A stretch of DNA of 63,841 bases, counting the filler, from Craspedostauros australis (Eukaryota): NCBI GenBank assembly GCA_030167865.1. It is 8 parts of 8 records of this genome, joined end to end, with 100 filler letters (N's around TTAATTAATTAA, not from the genome) between each part and the next. Parts side by side here need not be neighbours in the genome. Positions count along the whole stretch, not along the records: positions 1 to 12,397 come from JALAGF010002581.1; positions 12,498 to 38,350 come from JALAGF010002583.1; 6 more parts are not named here. One strand, 5' to 3'. Position numbers and translations under genes: made by a program. This document shows positions 1-12,966 of this stretch, piece by piece. The notes beneath the pieces were generated by a model. That model searched no databases, was not told where the DNA came from, and worked only from the letters and a program-made list of their open reading frames with translations. Each line of letters starts with the position of its first letter. Positions within the stretch are counted from its first letter, which is position 1.

Positions 1-778
1 ATATCTTGTGATATACTCTACTACTGACTTTCTGCACTACCATTTGCTCTTCAGCTGTATGATCGACCACCGACAACAATCCACACAACGGCCCTCTAAT
101 CTCATGAACACGCTCTGGATGGAGAACTGTCTATTGTGGCTTCAACTCAAGTTTCTCCATAGAACAACTTTTGTGGGCGCAGCACTTATGGTAAGGAATG
201 ATGAAGAACATATTCCACGATACACACGGGAGTTATCCGTCAACGACAGGCCATTCAGTCTTCGTGGTGTGCGGAACGCGAACCTTCGGATAAACTTGCG
301 ACCACATTTTCATTGCACACCTGTGCAGCATTTGAGGTTGGCGACCTGAACGAAGTTGTCGCTGTCCGCAATCTTCACTGGTTTTGGAGTTGTTGGCCCC
401 AGCCAAAAAGTCGCCACGCAATCGGGTTTGGTCTTCGCAGCTGACGTTTTTTTCATCTCTTCGCATGAGGTCGGTGAGGTTGTCCGGTCTTCTGCTCGTT
501 GCAACGCTTCTGTGAGGAAAGTATAATCCTGGCAAGCCACAACGGTCCCTCGAGAGTCCACTCTTCTTCCTCGCAGGAAGCTCTTTGCGGGGCATTGTTG
601 TTCGCTCTCTCCTCTACCGAATACGGGCGGTGCCCTTCGTCTCTGCATGACTCTCTTGGGCGTTGCCTTCGTTCGTCTCATAAATCAAAATCCTCTCCAA
701 CGATACTTGACAACAACAGCATCAACCATCTCAACCCACACACGCACGCACACGCACATACACAACCACGTCGACGCA

Positions 779-1678
779 ATGATGAGCCCACCGCTTACGG
801 AAATCTCGTTCAAGGTTGCAATCATGTTTGCGCCGGATGATGACGCAGCCATCTACGGTCAGCTCAACACATCTTTCACCAACTACGACGACGAAGACGA
901 GGACGACATCCTGCTGTTCGGCAGCTCGTCATCGTTCGCTAGGGACTGCATGCCACCGCCGCCGCCGCCGCCACTACCATTCCCCATGCCGTCGTCGGCT
1001 TCGCTGTCGTCCTCGACATCATCGGACCAGAGCTTCTGGAACGCGGAATTCCAGCAGCTCGCAGACGGCGACGTTCCACCATGCGCACCACCGCGATGGT
1101 CGTCACGCTTCGACTGCCGTTGCCCGGACGTGTCATCGCCGAAGCGCCCAAGCCGTAAGACTGCCGTGACCGTGAAGAACTACTCTCGGGATGAAACCGA
1201 TTCGAATAGCAACGTCGCAGTCCAGCCACAACAGAAGCACTCGTCATCGGCATCGTCGTCGACATCCTCATCCACAATCGCAACGGCTTCTTTGCATATC
1301 GAGGATGTGGGATGCGACGCTCCACCAGCCTTGCCAAAGCGCCGGCAAAGATCGGGATCAACCTATTGCTCTCCAGACACAGCAACAACGGCAAAGACAG
1401 CGGGAACAACCTCCACAGTCGCCACAGTTGCCACGAGGCACCGGAAGACTCACGACGACAAGAGGAGGAGGAGCAGCAACAACAACAAGAACAACAAGAG
1501 CAACGCGAACAGTATTCCACTCGAGTCTCGTCACGGAGGATCAGCATTTGCAACGCCTGCAGATATTGTTCCTCCCAAATCTCCATTCTGGGCCACAGAA
1601 GCACGTGCGGGCAACTTCAGCGACTTGCGAAAGACACAGATGGTCGTGATGGATGCTCTCGACATTCTGGAGAACTAG
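779..1678 (+). CDS. Hypothetical low-complexity Ser/Pro/Thr-rich protein
   Basis: ORF is open from ATG 647; ATG 779 follows a CA-rich leader. Contains poly-Pro and recurring P-x-x-P-x-R-like motifs (SPKRPSRK, PALPKRR). No recognisable domain. Confidence 0.55.
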   Translation: MMSPPLTEISFKVAIMFAPDDDAAIYGQLNTSFTNYDDEDEDDILLFGSSSSFARDCMPPPPPPPLPFPMPSSASLSSSTSSDQSFWNAEFQQLADGDVPPCAPPRWSSRFDCRCPDVSSPKRPSRKTAVTVKNYSRDETDSNSNVAVQPQQKHSSSASSSTSSSTIATASLHIEDVGCDAPPALPKRRQRSGSTYCSPDTATTAKTAGTTSTVATVATRHRKTHDDKRRRSSNNNKNNKSNANSIPLESRHGGSAFATPADIVPPKSPFWATEARAGNFSDLRKTQMVVMDALDILEN

Positions 1679-2749
1679 CCTCCTGCCAAACGCCTGCGAA
1701 TACAGCAACACGATCACTATCGCTCAAGATCGCAACGCGATCGCATTCCACGACAACGATCAAGCATGGAACCTGATCCCAATACAATAAACATAGAATG
1801 ATATCATAGACTACATGAACAACAGAACAACAACCATTCCGAGAGGAACATACATGAAGCACTCAACTCTGCGAGCAATGCAAGGCTAGAGCACAGTCGC
1901 CAACAGGACCACAACGAACTAGCGAGCTTTCTGCTCTGACCAATACTCCTTGTGCACAAGCAACGACCTGTGATCAAGGTTGCAGTACGTCTCGAGTGGT
2001 CTTGCAACGCTATTGCGACCCAGAAACCGCAACAACATCGCCGACGCCGACACTCGCGAGATCTTGGTGGGGAGCGCTACGAGCTATTCATCCAGGGTTG
2101 ACTGGAATACGCAAGAATAATTAAGGGGTTGCGTCGTGTGGAACAATGCGGGGTAACTGAAGAAACACGCAGATCCATCGCCACAACTGGGCGCCGATCA
2201 CGACAGTCTCGCCACCGATCGCAGAAGAGACAGCGTGTTCGTCAGAAATCGTCAGACTTTGGAAGTCATTGCGACACTTAGGGAACGTGGATTTGATTAT
2301 CAATCGTCAGTTTCATGTCATCTTGCTGCAGGACGAGACCCCACTTGTCCCGCTTTCACTGTTCTCCGCTATTTCTCCGCGATACGGTTCTGCATCTCAA
2401 GGCCTTCCTCCGACGTCCTCCTGTCACTTCCTTTCCTGATGTGTTGTGAGCACATTCGTGGCCTGCGAAGTGCGAGCTACGAACTACTCGTAACGCACAA
2501 TGCGCAGGACGGTGGTTTGGTCAACGTCATGGATTGCTTACGTACTCTACATAATCTCCACATTTGTATTGTCGCGAAAGGATGGGCATCGATGAAAGTA
2601 CGACTATGATACATACTAGGACGAGCTGCAGATGTAGGAGCGCTGCGTTGAAGCCACGTCAACATCACGACCAACAACCGAGCGAATCACACATCGCAAC
2701 ACTTGAAAAGAAGACCGAAGGCACCCATTCCACTAGTATTTGGACACTT

Positions 2750-5122
2750 TCAATTTCTCGTGCTGCCGTCCAGTCGTCGAATGTGAGCTTCACGCTTCTT
2801 GGTGAGCTTCTTGTGCAACCGTTTTGAAATCTGAGCGCCGGTGGCGTCGTGGGTTGGTACACCATCGTCGTCGTAGGCTGAGAACTGGTTTGCGTACCGC
2901 CCAACCATGAACAGCTGTTCCACCGCGATGTCATAGGTGTTGCTGATCCCGCCATCAGCTTGATCTTGTCTGTGCGCTGTCGCCGACGCTGACGCTTCTG
3001 ACGGTGGAGACAGCGGAGCCGATTGGGTTTCTCCATCTTGGGATTCACCAGTACCAGCCGCCTCAGTCTCCTTGCTGCCGATGGAAGAATAGATGTCCGA
3101 TGTTGGCGGGACGCAGTACTGCCACTTGGACGTCAGGTCTTGCTTGTCGGATATCTGAATGCCGATGGACGGGAGGCTGTCATCTCGAAGCTTGTCGCAT
3201 TCATCGAGCATCTGTTTGAAGCATTCTTTCGCGTCGACGTTCGCATTTGGTGGCGATTTCAGCCCTTGCAGGGCGATCGTGCGTATGCTGCTGCGGAAAT
3301 CCACGAACGCGTCGATTGCATCAGTCGAGGCTGGGCCGGTCTGGTTGCCATGACCTCCAGTGTTCGCGGTAGCGCTTAGACCAGCCTCCGTCGTTCTACT
3401 CGAGAACCCCACCAACCGAAGAAGGCGGCGGATTTCATCCACGGCATGCTGCAACGGTGCGATGTTCTCCGATCTGATTTGCTTGTCGTCGCCGTCGTGA
3501 TCACCATCATCCTGAGCAGCAGCAGCAGCGCTGTATCTCGCCGCGATGCGGTGCCGTCCCAAATCGACGACGTGCTGAAGGTTGGTGGCGAAGGCGCTGC
3601 CATCCAAGTCATTGCGCAATGCCGCCTCGATCTCAGCGATCGAATGATTCGTATGCTGGAAGAACTCGACATCTGCATCGATCCACTTGATTGTGTCGAG
3701 CTGTTCTTGCTGTCCTTGTCGGCGTTCGTTATGGATGAGCTCTTCCGCGTCGACCAAGAATTGCAGCACCTTGTATCGGATGCTGCGTGCCTGCGAGATG
3801 GCATCGTTGACCAAAGTCGCCGTGCTTCGGTAGCTGCCGGACAAGCTCAAGCACCACAGACGAAAGTCATCCGCCGGGCTGTCAAGGGGGGTCTTGGATG
3901 ATGAAGTGCTGTGGCCACTTTCGCCCTGCAAGAATTCTTTGACCGTGACGAAGTTCTTTAACGACTTGGACATCTTGCGTCCATCGATGTGCAGGTGACC
4001 GGTATGGAACCAATGGGGGATCCAGTTCCCGGATCCGTGATATCCTTCGGCCTGCGCGATTTCGTTGGTATGGTGAGGAAACTTGAGGTCGATGCCACCC
4101 GCATGCACGAGGAATCGGTGCGTGTCGCGGAACTGAGACTGAACTGCCTCGATCATCGCCGAGCATTCGATGTGCCATCCTGGACGCCCGTTGCCCCATG
4201 GCGATTCCCAGAAGAGCTGCTCCTCCTCCTTCTGGAACTTCCAAAGCACAAAGTCGCGCCGATCGCGTTTCTGCTTGGTATTCGGCCCATCGTTGTCGCT
4301 GTTTGCGGTGGGGTTAGCGTTGTCCGCCGTCAACTCTCTGTCAGAAATGTCAAAGAAGTCCTGAGAAGCCGCAGGTGGTGCCAACTTGCCATACTTCGTG
4401 ACCGTTCCGGATGCCTCGTTGAAGGCTCGGACATCGAAATACACTCCATCCTTCGCCGTGTACGCAACGCCGTTGTCCACAAGCCGCTGAATGTAAGGCA
4501 CGATATCCGAGTCGACGTGCTCCGATACACGCGTGATGACATGCGGTCGCAGACAGTTGAGCGCTTCCAAGTCGTCCCAGAATTCGTTCTCGAAATGGCG
4601 CGCGAGTTGCAACGGATCCTGGAATGATGATGCGTCGTCGCCATCCGCATTGCAAGCAGCCAGTATCTTGTCGTCAATGTCCGTGATATTCATGACAAAC
4701 AACGGCGGTGGTGACGCCTTGCTCGCTCCTGCCGACGACTGTGCGGATGATAGCGACGAAGATTCCATCACGCGCCGCGCAATGTCAATCCATACGTAGG
4801 TGCGGGCATGACCCATGTGCGTGGGTGCGTACGTCGTCGGTCCGCACGTGTACCATGCCAATCCTTTCGACTTGATGGAATCTGATGGCAGAACTTCCGA
4901 CCGGTTGGTCAAAGTGTTGTGCAACTTGAGTTGGCGATCTGTCGCTGTGCTTCCATCATCGCCAGCCTCCTGTTGACGATGCACCGTTCTGTACTGAGAA
5001 AGCCATGCCAGATCCTGCGTGCGACCGTCGATGGATCCTGTCGCATGGATTGGAAACAGACGGCTCCATCGACGCGTGCGTCGCCATGTATGGCACACGA
5101 AGCGAGACATGGCTGTTGGCAT
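2750..5122 (-). CDS. CARS: Cysteinyl-tRNA synthetase (class I), probably organelle-targeted
   Basis: Motifs WYTCGPTTY..HMGHAR (HIGH), NITDIDDKI, DFVLWK, GRPGWHIECSAM, GGIDLKFPHHTNE and KMSKS. Eukaryotic C-tail GVPTHD..G..ISK. Arg-rich presequence follows ATG 5122/5110. Confidence 0.95.
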   Translation of the reverse strand: MPTAMSRFVCHTWRRTRRWSRLFPIHATGSIDGRTQDLAWLSQYRTVHRQQEAGDDGSTATDRQLKLHNTLTNRSEVLPSDSIKSKGLAWYTCGPTTYAPTHMGHARTYVWIDIARRVMESSSLSSAQSSAGASKASPPPLFVMNITDIDDKILAACNADGDDASSFQDPLQLARHFENEFWDDLEALNCLRPHVITRVSEHVDSDIVPYIQRLVDNGVAYTAKDGVYFDVRAFNEASGTVTKYGKLAPPAASQDFFDISDRELTADNANPTANSDNDGPNTKQKRDRRDFVLWKFQKEEEQLFWESPWGNGRPGWHIECSAMIEAVQSQFRDTHRFLVHAGGIDLKFPHHTNEIAQAEGYHGSGNWIPHWFHTGHLHIDGRKMSKSLKNFVTVKEFLQGESGHSTSSSKTPLDSPADDFRLWCLSLSGSYRSTATLVNDAISQARSIRYKVLQFLVDAEELIHNERRQGQQEQLDTIKWIDADVEFFQHTNHSIAEIEAALRNDLDGSAFATNLQHVVDLGRHRIAARYSAAAAAQDDGDHDGDDKQIRSENIAPLQHAVDEIRRLLRLVGFSSRTTEAGLSATANTGGHGNQTGPASTDAIDAFVDFRSSIRTIALQGLKSPPNANVDAKECFKQMLDECDKLRDDSLPSIGIQISDKQDLTSKWQYCVPPTSDIYSSIGSKETEAAGTGESQDGETQSAPLSPPSEASASATAHRQDQADGGISNTYDIAVEQLFMVGRYANQFSAYDDDGVPTHDATGAQISKRLHKKLTKKREAHIRRLDGSTRN

Positions 5123-6230
5123 GGGTCCTTGCGCCACAATGATGGTGTGGAGATGACGTCGGATCTTTTCCTGTGTCAGTTCGTCTGCGACGACGAGCTG
5201 GTCGTGTGGCCGCACGTGATGGTGATGGTGATGGTGATGGGTTGGTTGGGATTTGGATTCTGGATTCTGCGATTGGAACAATTCGTGAGTAAAGAAGAAA
5301 TACGGGACCCGACCAATTGTGAACGCCGCAACGGATGGCGGTCAGACTGATACAAGAATCAAGTCATGGGGAACCGCGGAATCCCATGAACATGTCGCAT
5401 CGAATCTCGACCAAGACGAAACACGACACAACGCAAGAAACCTCACGACACAACAAGACGACGGTCAACAATGATGGAAGAAGGCGCGGAAGCGAGTGGT
5501 GCGCACATTTGCGGGAGAGAGAAGAACAATCCAACCACCCAACAACTCAGGGAGAGATGTGACCGGTGTCTCTTTCATGGAAACAGATCAAATCCCGCCA
5601 CATCGCCCTTGCCTCCACCGATCACTCCGGAACCGCAGCAATCATACGAGTATAATATAACACTATACTCCAGAGTGGAGCAAGAACACCACCACCGGCA
5701 TCAAAGAACGGCCTAACCACGCCGTTATCGCATCCCCTTGGTCATTGAAGAGTGGAGAGTGGAGAGTGGAGAGTGAAGATAGAAGAGAGAGATAGAATAG
5801 CACGCCGAAGTCACGATCATTGGCCAACCATTGACCATTGGCCGCTGACCACTGTGGATTCGATCACAGAGATCGCCGACGTCGCCATCCGCAGCAGCTC
5901 CAAAGCCCCCTCCGCTTGGTTCTTGGCCAAGAACGACGATACTCAAGCACAACCACAAGCACGATCATAGATAGAATTGGTCGCATGAGCCTGGCATTAC
6001 CATTGGAATAAGAGTAGAGCAGAGCAGAGCAGTCGTCGAGTGGAGTGGAGTACATCACATCACATCGTTCGAGACATTGACTATACAGAGCATCCGTGAG
6101 ACAGAACACTCCAAATAGTGCCATCAAGTGCAACACCATCAAAGCCAAGATCGGCTCTCTGGTTCGAACGCACACAGACACCTGATACGATACCACCAGC
6201 ACAGCCAACACAACCAGCAAACCGCACACG

Positions 6231-9018
6231 ATGGACGTCTCGTTGATAGCCGCCGTCGGCTCATTCGTGGTTTCGGAGCGAGTGCTCAAACCAAAGGCCA
6301 CCGCGCTCTTCATCTTGGGCTGCGTTCTGGCCTACGATCTCAAGACCAAGACGCATGACCCGGTGTCGCTGCGTGTCTACAGAGGTGGGTGCCAGTCGCA
6401 ATCTGCTTCATTTCGAACTGGGTTCTGCGATGCTTTGCTCTGCGTTGTTGCCGCAATGCCAACAACGTCTCGTCTTGTCCAGCAACAACGCTTGGCCGAG
6501 TGGATTGAGCACTTGCAAAGCACGATTCAGCACTTCCCAGGAAGAAGTTGTTCGAGAGAACATTCGTGACGTTCATCACCATCACATTCACATCCTTGTG
6601 GATTGTTGATTCGCATACCGCAATGATCTGAGCCGCTCGACAAAGATATGTATTATATAATATGCATCGCTACAAGTATGCTCACCTTGCTCTGATTTCT
6701 GGCCTGCGAACGCCTCATGCCTTCCTGCGATCCAATCTCAATGTTTCCACTCCATCGCCGATTCTCACCGCAATCTCCATCGCACTCACCGCACTCATGC
6801 TATCGTCATCGTCACCATTATCACCACAGGACCCGCGCTGCTGGCATTCACGTTGATGATGTGCGCCTTGTCACTCCGGATTTGGAGGAGGAACGGCGTT
6901 GCCTGCGACGAACTCCTCTTCCTCCCTGGCACACAGCATGGCCAGAACAATGGCATCGATGCGCCGCTGGTGGAGTCACCCATGCCGCCTGCAATGTCAC
7001 CGTCACCATCGCCATCACTGCAGTCATCCTCCTTCTCACCGCAATCACAGACGGTGCCATTGGATAGGCTGGGACAGCCACCGTTACCGCTGTCACCTCC
7101 CTTGGCACCATCCGAGCAACTCGCGTTGGAGGCCGATGTGGCAGCGGGTGGCAGGATCGCCTTGACACACCAGCCACCATTTCGCAGTCGGAGGACGTAC
7201 TCTGACGACGTAGAACTTTCCAATATTACCTCCAATCCGGCACGCTGCAGCGAGACATCGTCGTCGTCATTGAATGCCGTTGACCACCTGCAGCGACACT
7301 ACGCATTGACCACTGACAACCAGCAACAGTTTCCGCAAACGGCGAATGCAAACCGCACCAATGAGATCCATCGCACCAGTTCCGCCGATGCAGGTTCCAT
7401 TTCTCCGCAGCGTCACGTCGCGAGCCTCATCAACCGAACCGCATCCGCAGATGGCGGTGACGATGACATCGACCATGATACTGTGGACACCGACGCGCTT
7501 TTGGACAATATCAATAACAGCAACAGCAACAACGGTAACAATGCCAGCAATGACAACCAGCAAAATCCCATGCAACGATTCCGCGACAACCATCCTCAGA
7601 TAACGCGCATCGGGACCTTCTTCTTCTTCCGGTCATCGAGCACGACGACGCAAAATGCGGCTTACGCACCATCCGGTCCATCCGTCTTCGGCGCAGCGCT
7701 TGACATGAGCATGCCGATCCTCTTCAACTTCCACATCTTCATCGAAGCCTACAACCACCTAGAAACGCAGGAGACAACTGCGAAGATCCTCCCGTTGATC
7801 TTCCTCAGCGTGCTCATTGTCAGGACTGGATTTCCACCATCGAGAAGGGGACGGTTCTGGAGCACCATGAAATTCACCTTCACCGCACCGCTCCATCACG
7901 TTCAGTGCCGCGACGAGTACATCGGCGAGGTCCTCACTTCGTTGGTCCGTCCCTTTCAGGACATCTTCTTCGCCTTGGCATACTACGTCACGGTCGTATA
8001 CGGCATGACGCTGGGTGGGTACGGCTTGGACCGCAGCGGGGAGTACCTCGAGGAGTCGTGGGTGCTGCACAACATCATCTTGCCCACCTGCGCCATCCTC
8101 CCCTTGTGGTGGAAGTACCTGCAGACGCTGCGACAAGCCTACGACGCCAACAAGCGATGGCCTCACCAGGCCAACAGCCTCAAATACCTCTTCTCCACCC
8201 TCGTCATCATCTACGGCATGACGCACTCGGAGGACCGGCGATCGCCATGGTGGTTGGTCTGCTTTGGCCTCACGGTAGTGTATCAGGTGTGGTGGGATGT
8301 CGTCATGGACTGGGATCTATTCCACATCCAACGCGAGGTGGTACTCATCGACAGCGAGCATGATTCGTGGTTTGAAAACATCTCCAGCATCCGTCCCAAT
8401 TCCACGGTTCTGCTCTTCGTCCAGATGCACATCCTCCAGCCGGTCTTTGGCGCCATCCAGCGAATCCGTGCGCACATCCCTCACTGGCGACAAATCCAGC
8501 TGCGCGAAAAACGGCTCTACAAAACGGAAGCGTTCTACTGGAAGATCTTCTTCTTCAACCTCTTCCTGCGCTTCACCTGGATGCTCTGCTTCATCCCGCC
8601 GTACCATTTCTCGAAATCGCAAAAGTACGTCACGGCATCGACCGACACGAACAGCTACTTCGGCGTGCTCCTGCCGGTCGCGGAGCTCCTACGCCGCGCA
8701 TGCTGGGGATTTTTGTACATGGAGAAGGAGACCATCCGCATGATGGATTCGGACGCCATCTACTCCAGAGTGGACACGGCCGAAAGCAACGACATCGACA
8801 GCCTCGATGGTGCCGGCGATGAAGATGACAATTCCAAAACCCTGACCAAATCCTTCCGCGTCCTGCCAACGTGGATGGACGTGCAGCAGCAAGTCGCGCA
8901 CGACGCAGCCACCAGCAACGCCAAGCAACGAGAAACATGTATGAGGAATCTCTTCGTGGCTGAATTGTTCGGTTGGGCCCTCGCCTTCATCGGTCTCGGG
9001 TGTTGGTCAGCGTATTGA
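6231..9018 (+). CDS. EXS-domain (ERD1/XPR1/SYG1 family) membrane protein; two exons 6231-6384 and 6830-9018
   Basis: GT-AG intron 6385-6829 joins ..VYR-G to PALLAFTLMMC.. in frame. EXS motifs: DEYIGEVLTSLVRP, PLWWKYLQTLR, NSLKY, WWDVVMDWDL, NLFLRFTW, ELLRRACWGFL. No SPX domain seen. Confidence 0.88.
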
Positions 9019-9271
9019 ACACTATGCGTGTGCAAATGAGAAATACAATGTCGGCAGTTTCATAGCTCGTAGAGAGTCACAGTACCATACGTGACGAGTG
9101 GCATAGATTAGCACTGCTATTATGTACCTATTATACTTGTTTCATATTTGTATGTAGCAACAGAGTAGGATGTATAATTAGTACTGTTGGCAGAAACACA
9201 TCATTCATGACTACGCTACTACTTGTGGTACTCTATGTACTGCACACTTCATATGTTGCAATCCTAACCCG

Positions 9272-10483
9272 CTACTGCATCTTCTTCGTCTTGTCAGCAT
9301 CTTCCGCAGTCACCTGCCGAGGTGTCCCCGCAAACTGCTTCGACACCGTTGCCAAGTAAAGACCGCCGAACACCAATCCCACGGCGCACCATTGCATCAT
9401 CGAGAACTTGTGCCCAAAGTAAATGACGCTGAGAAGAATCGTGATGAACTTTCGCGTCGTCGTGATCGTCGTGCATGCTAACGACGAGTACCAAGTGACC
9501 GTGAGGAAGATGAAGATCTGGCCCACCGACACCACCAAATTCAGAATGAAGATGGCCATGCGTAGCTGCCCGTCAGATTGCAAGAGATGCACGCCTTGCT
9601 GCCACTGGCCACTGATCATGGCGACGGGGATAAGGAAGAATAGCGCGTATATATTCATGTAAAGCATCGTCTCGACTGCCGAAGGCGGGCGTTGGTTGCC
9701 CTTGGTATCCACTCGTTTCAGCAATCCCTGGCAGGATCCTAAGAACCCATCGCATGTCAAGCTCCAAATCAACAGCGCCATTCCTTTCCAGGAATGATCT
9801 CCGTCTTCTTCGTCGTCAGTGTTGACGTCACTGCCATCGCCTTCACTTGTGCTGTTGTCACCACTGCTAGCGGTCGATTTCGTCGTTGACGTCTGTTGGA
9901 GACGAGATATGTGAAATAGCGACATCCCCACGCTGATCGCCAACGCCGATGTCCATTGTTGCTTCGAATACACCCGGCGTTCGATGATCGTGCCCATTAT
10001 CATGGTAGGCAGCAGTTTGCACGATTTGGCCAGCACAGCCGTCGGATACGACACGAAACGCAGCGCCTCGTTGGATCCGATCATGGCGAATACGTAGAAC
10101 GCAGACGTAGTGATCAGCAGGGCATGGTTTAACGATTTTTTCGTCATGCTTGGATCGGGCGTCGATGATGTCGACCGCTTCGCATCATCGCCATTGCTCT
10201 GAAGCATGGACTGCAGCTTCTTCCAGATCGTGGACACGCAGACGTTGGCAAATGCCTGTGCCACCAGAACGAAGGTGGCACCGAGCCCCGAGTTGCTGAG
10301 AAGATTCTCCTGCATGATGCCGTAAAACCAGTAGCAGAGGCAGATGCCTGAAGCGCAAAAGGAGAATCGGGCAAGATTCCCAAACGGAGATGCCGTTTCT
10401 CTCGCAGCAGCAGCAGCTGCTGCTGTTGACGACGATGATGCCGACGCCGATGCACGGGCATCGTCTTCACCACTTTGCGTCAT
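9272..10483 (-). CDS. UAA-family nucleotide-sugar transporter (SLC35B1/UTr1-like)
   Basis: Motifs YGIMQE, SNEALRFVSYPTAVLAKSCKLLPTM, GQIFIF and TTITTTRKF. C-terminal KKxx ER-retrieval signal (KKMQ). First ATG at 10483. Confidence 0.92.
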   Translation of the reverse strand: MTQSGEDDARASASASSSSTAAAAAAARETASPFGNLARFSFCASGICLCYWFYGIMQENLLSNSGLGATFVLVAQAFANVCVSTIWKKLQSMLQSNGDDAKRSTSSTPDPSMTKKSLNHALLITTSAFYVFAMIGSNEALRFVSYPTAVLAKSCKLLPTMIMGTIIERRVYSKQQWTSALAISVGMSLFHISRLQQTSTTKSTASSGDNSTSEGDGSDVNTDDEEDGDHSWKGMALLIWSLTCDGFLGSCQGLLKRVDTKGNQRPPSAVETMLYMNIYALFFLIPVAMISGQWQQGVHLLQSDGQLRMAIFILNLVVSVGQIFIFLTVTWYSSLACTTITTTRKFITILLSVIYFGHKFSMMQWCAVGLVFGGLYLATVSKQFAGTPRQVTAEDADKTKKMQ

Positions 10484-11455
10484 CTTGGGACAATTCTTCG
10501 CGACAAGCGTGAATCTCCACCGAGAAAGGGAAAGCTTCGATCGTGAGCTTTTCAGTGCGAGTGGGAGTACCAATCCGAGGGCGAGTGAAGAAGACTACTC
10601 GTACGTACGCTACTGGTTGGTGCCTCTATGGTACAGATGACAAAGGCTGAGGCGATGTTACCGATGGCGGTGGTTGGTTCCAGCTGATGCCGCTGCTGCT
10701 CTTGTTGCTCCTTTTGCCTCTCGGGTGATGTCGTCATGGACATGTGCGCGCGGACCTCCGATGCCGCCGTCTCGCATCGAACAATGACACCAACACATCA
10801 TCGTTTGGTGGGAGAACGCGACGGAAATGGTCCAAAGAATGACATCGGTTCCCGATGTACCAGTCCCTCAAGACTCATCTGAGTCACAATCTTGTGTCAC
10901 GGATAAGTCATGTTGGTCGAATTCCATGATGGCGTCAACGACATCCAGCGCGGATGCTTGGTTCTCGACTCGCGATGTTCTCGGTGTGGCTTCGGTGCAG
11001 TTCTCGTCGCGAACTATTACTGCGTTCTGTCAACCAACAGCATTCACGAATCAGAGTATCGAAGTGCGTCACGTCCACAACACAACCCGCCTTCGTCCAT
11101 CACACGATGACCATGGCCGAGACAAACCACCGATCTCATTCCGATGTGTCCACGTCGTCATCACCAATGTTTCTCGAAGCTCATTTCCTCCCGCCACGAA
11201 CATCGCAACCGACAGCAAACAAACAACAAAGGAAGCTGCGATAGCGGTTGGCAGACGGATCGGAGAACTACAGAAGAAGATCACCCATGGCATCAAGAGC
11301 AGGAGCATCGTTATCGTCATCGTCACTACCGTCGCGATCATCAACATCATTGTCACATACTCGCATAATATAGATTACATTCCCCTTCCTTCCACAATCG
11401 GATTCCACCCACCCGAGCCGACAGCGCAAAGCCCTTGGAACAGCACGCATCCAAC

Positions 11456-12397
11456 ATGTGTCCACCCGGTGGTATCAACGATCACACAGCCCCACGAGAA
11501 GGAGAACGAGACGGCATCATGAGGACGGACACCACCAAATCCAGTCAAAAGAACATCATCACCATGGAATCCATCAAAGATCTGTTGCGACATGAGCTGC
11601 GCCCCTTTCTCGAAGTGGCCATCCCAAGCATGCTATTGGAGGTTGGGTTCATGGTGCTCCCCTTCGCAACCGCCAGTTGCATTGGACGCAAGTTCGGCTC
11701 CGTCTACCTCAGCGGCTTCACGTTGGCCAACCTCACAGGCAACCTCTGTTCTTTGAGTCTTCTCGCTGGCCTCTACAGCGCATCTGACACGCTCGCGCCC
11801 CAGGCCTTCGGAGCAGGCAACTACAAGGAGGTTGGGCTGCTCAGTATCCGAGGTTTCCTCGCCAGCTTGGTCATCCTCACCATTGTCAATGTCCCTTTGA
11901 TCCTCAACATGAGACCGCTGTTGGAGGCGCTCGGGCAGGACCCTGAGGCCGCCATGTACGCGTCCCAATGGTACAACGTCTTCGCAATCTCGCTGCCGTT
12001 CTTCTCCCTGTACAGTGCGATCTGGAAGTTCCTCGCAGCCCAGAACATCATGATGCCAACGCTGTGCTCATGCCTCATCTCATGTTTGGTCGTTCTTCCG
12101 ATCACTCTGATCCTCTCCACTGAATGGTACGGTTTCATCGGATCGGCGTATGCATTCCTCGTGTTTCAGATATCACAGGCAATGATTTTGGTGTTCATCC
12201 TGTGGTGGAAACAGCCACACGAGCCAAGGACATGGCCGGGGCTGCGATGCTGGAGAGAAGTGCTGAACTACGAACGTTTCGCTGAGTATATGTCGCTGGG
12301 AGCTGGAGGTATCCTGGCACAATCCGAATGGGTGTACTGGGAGGCGCTGGGTCTGATCGTGGGCATGTTGGGAGTCATTCCACTCAGCGTCCATACC
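11456..12397 (+). CDS. MATE-family efflux transporter, 3' end lost in gap
   Basis: LANLTG..SLLAGLYSASDTLAPQAFGAGNY, KFLAAQNIM and SEWVYWE motifs; multiple TM helices. Runs into the linker. Confidence 0.9.
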
Positions 12398-12497
12398 NNN
12401 NNNNNNNNNNNNNNNNNNNNNNNNNNNNNNNNNNNNNNNNNTTAATTAATTAANNNNNNNNNNNNNNNNNNNNNNNNNNNNNNNNNNNNNNNNNNNN
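12398..12497. other. Artificial contig linker (N44-TTAATTAATTAA-N44); repeated at 38351-38450, 44196-44295, 50369-50468, 55353-55452, 60308-60407 and 62518-62617
   Basis: The same 100-nt spacer, with stops in all six frames, occurs seven times. A plain N-gap lies at 54627-54702. Confidence 0.98.
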
Positions 12498-12966
12498 ATT
12501 CGGTCACCGGTCAATGGGGACATGAAGGGAAAATACCAATTTTCAGCAATTTTTCAGTGACATCATGGTATATTGCAACTTCCCGAGTGAAAACTACAAA
12601 CGCGATTGAATTCGCCTAGTTCCGCACACGCAGACATTTGCTGGTTTGCCCAACTGCCGACGATGTCGCGTGTTGTTGGCTGCAAGGGCGTTCGTGGTGG
12701 CAGTGGCGTGGAATAGCTCGTAGCACCACACAAACACCAACACAATCAAATGCACCAACGGATCCATCATCCTCCTTGCACTCGTACAATACCATAGTAC
12801 CCACATACTCTGATCATTCGCATCGCACTTCTACAAGGGCGGACTCTACGAATAGAGACCAACCTGCAACTGCAAACGGGCGCACTCATTCATCCACGCA
12901 GACGCAGGACAAAACGGAGACATATAATACAATAGTACAATAGATAGCAAGACTCAGGGCCACGCA

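Noticed and set aside
1..640. Overlapping ~120-aa ORFs at the window start
   Set aside because: No domain signal or coding bias.
5123..5281. Poly-His N-terminal extension on CysRS
   Set aside because: Depends on a TTG start and a (CATCAC)n tract; most likely 5' UTR.
12398..12497. Recurrent TTAATTAATTAA palindrome as a biological repeat or piggyBac TTAA site
   Set aside because: Always centred in exactly 88 Ns, so it is an artificial six-frame-stop linker.
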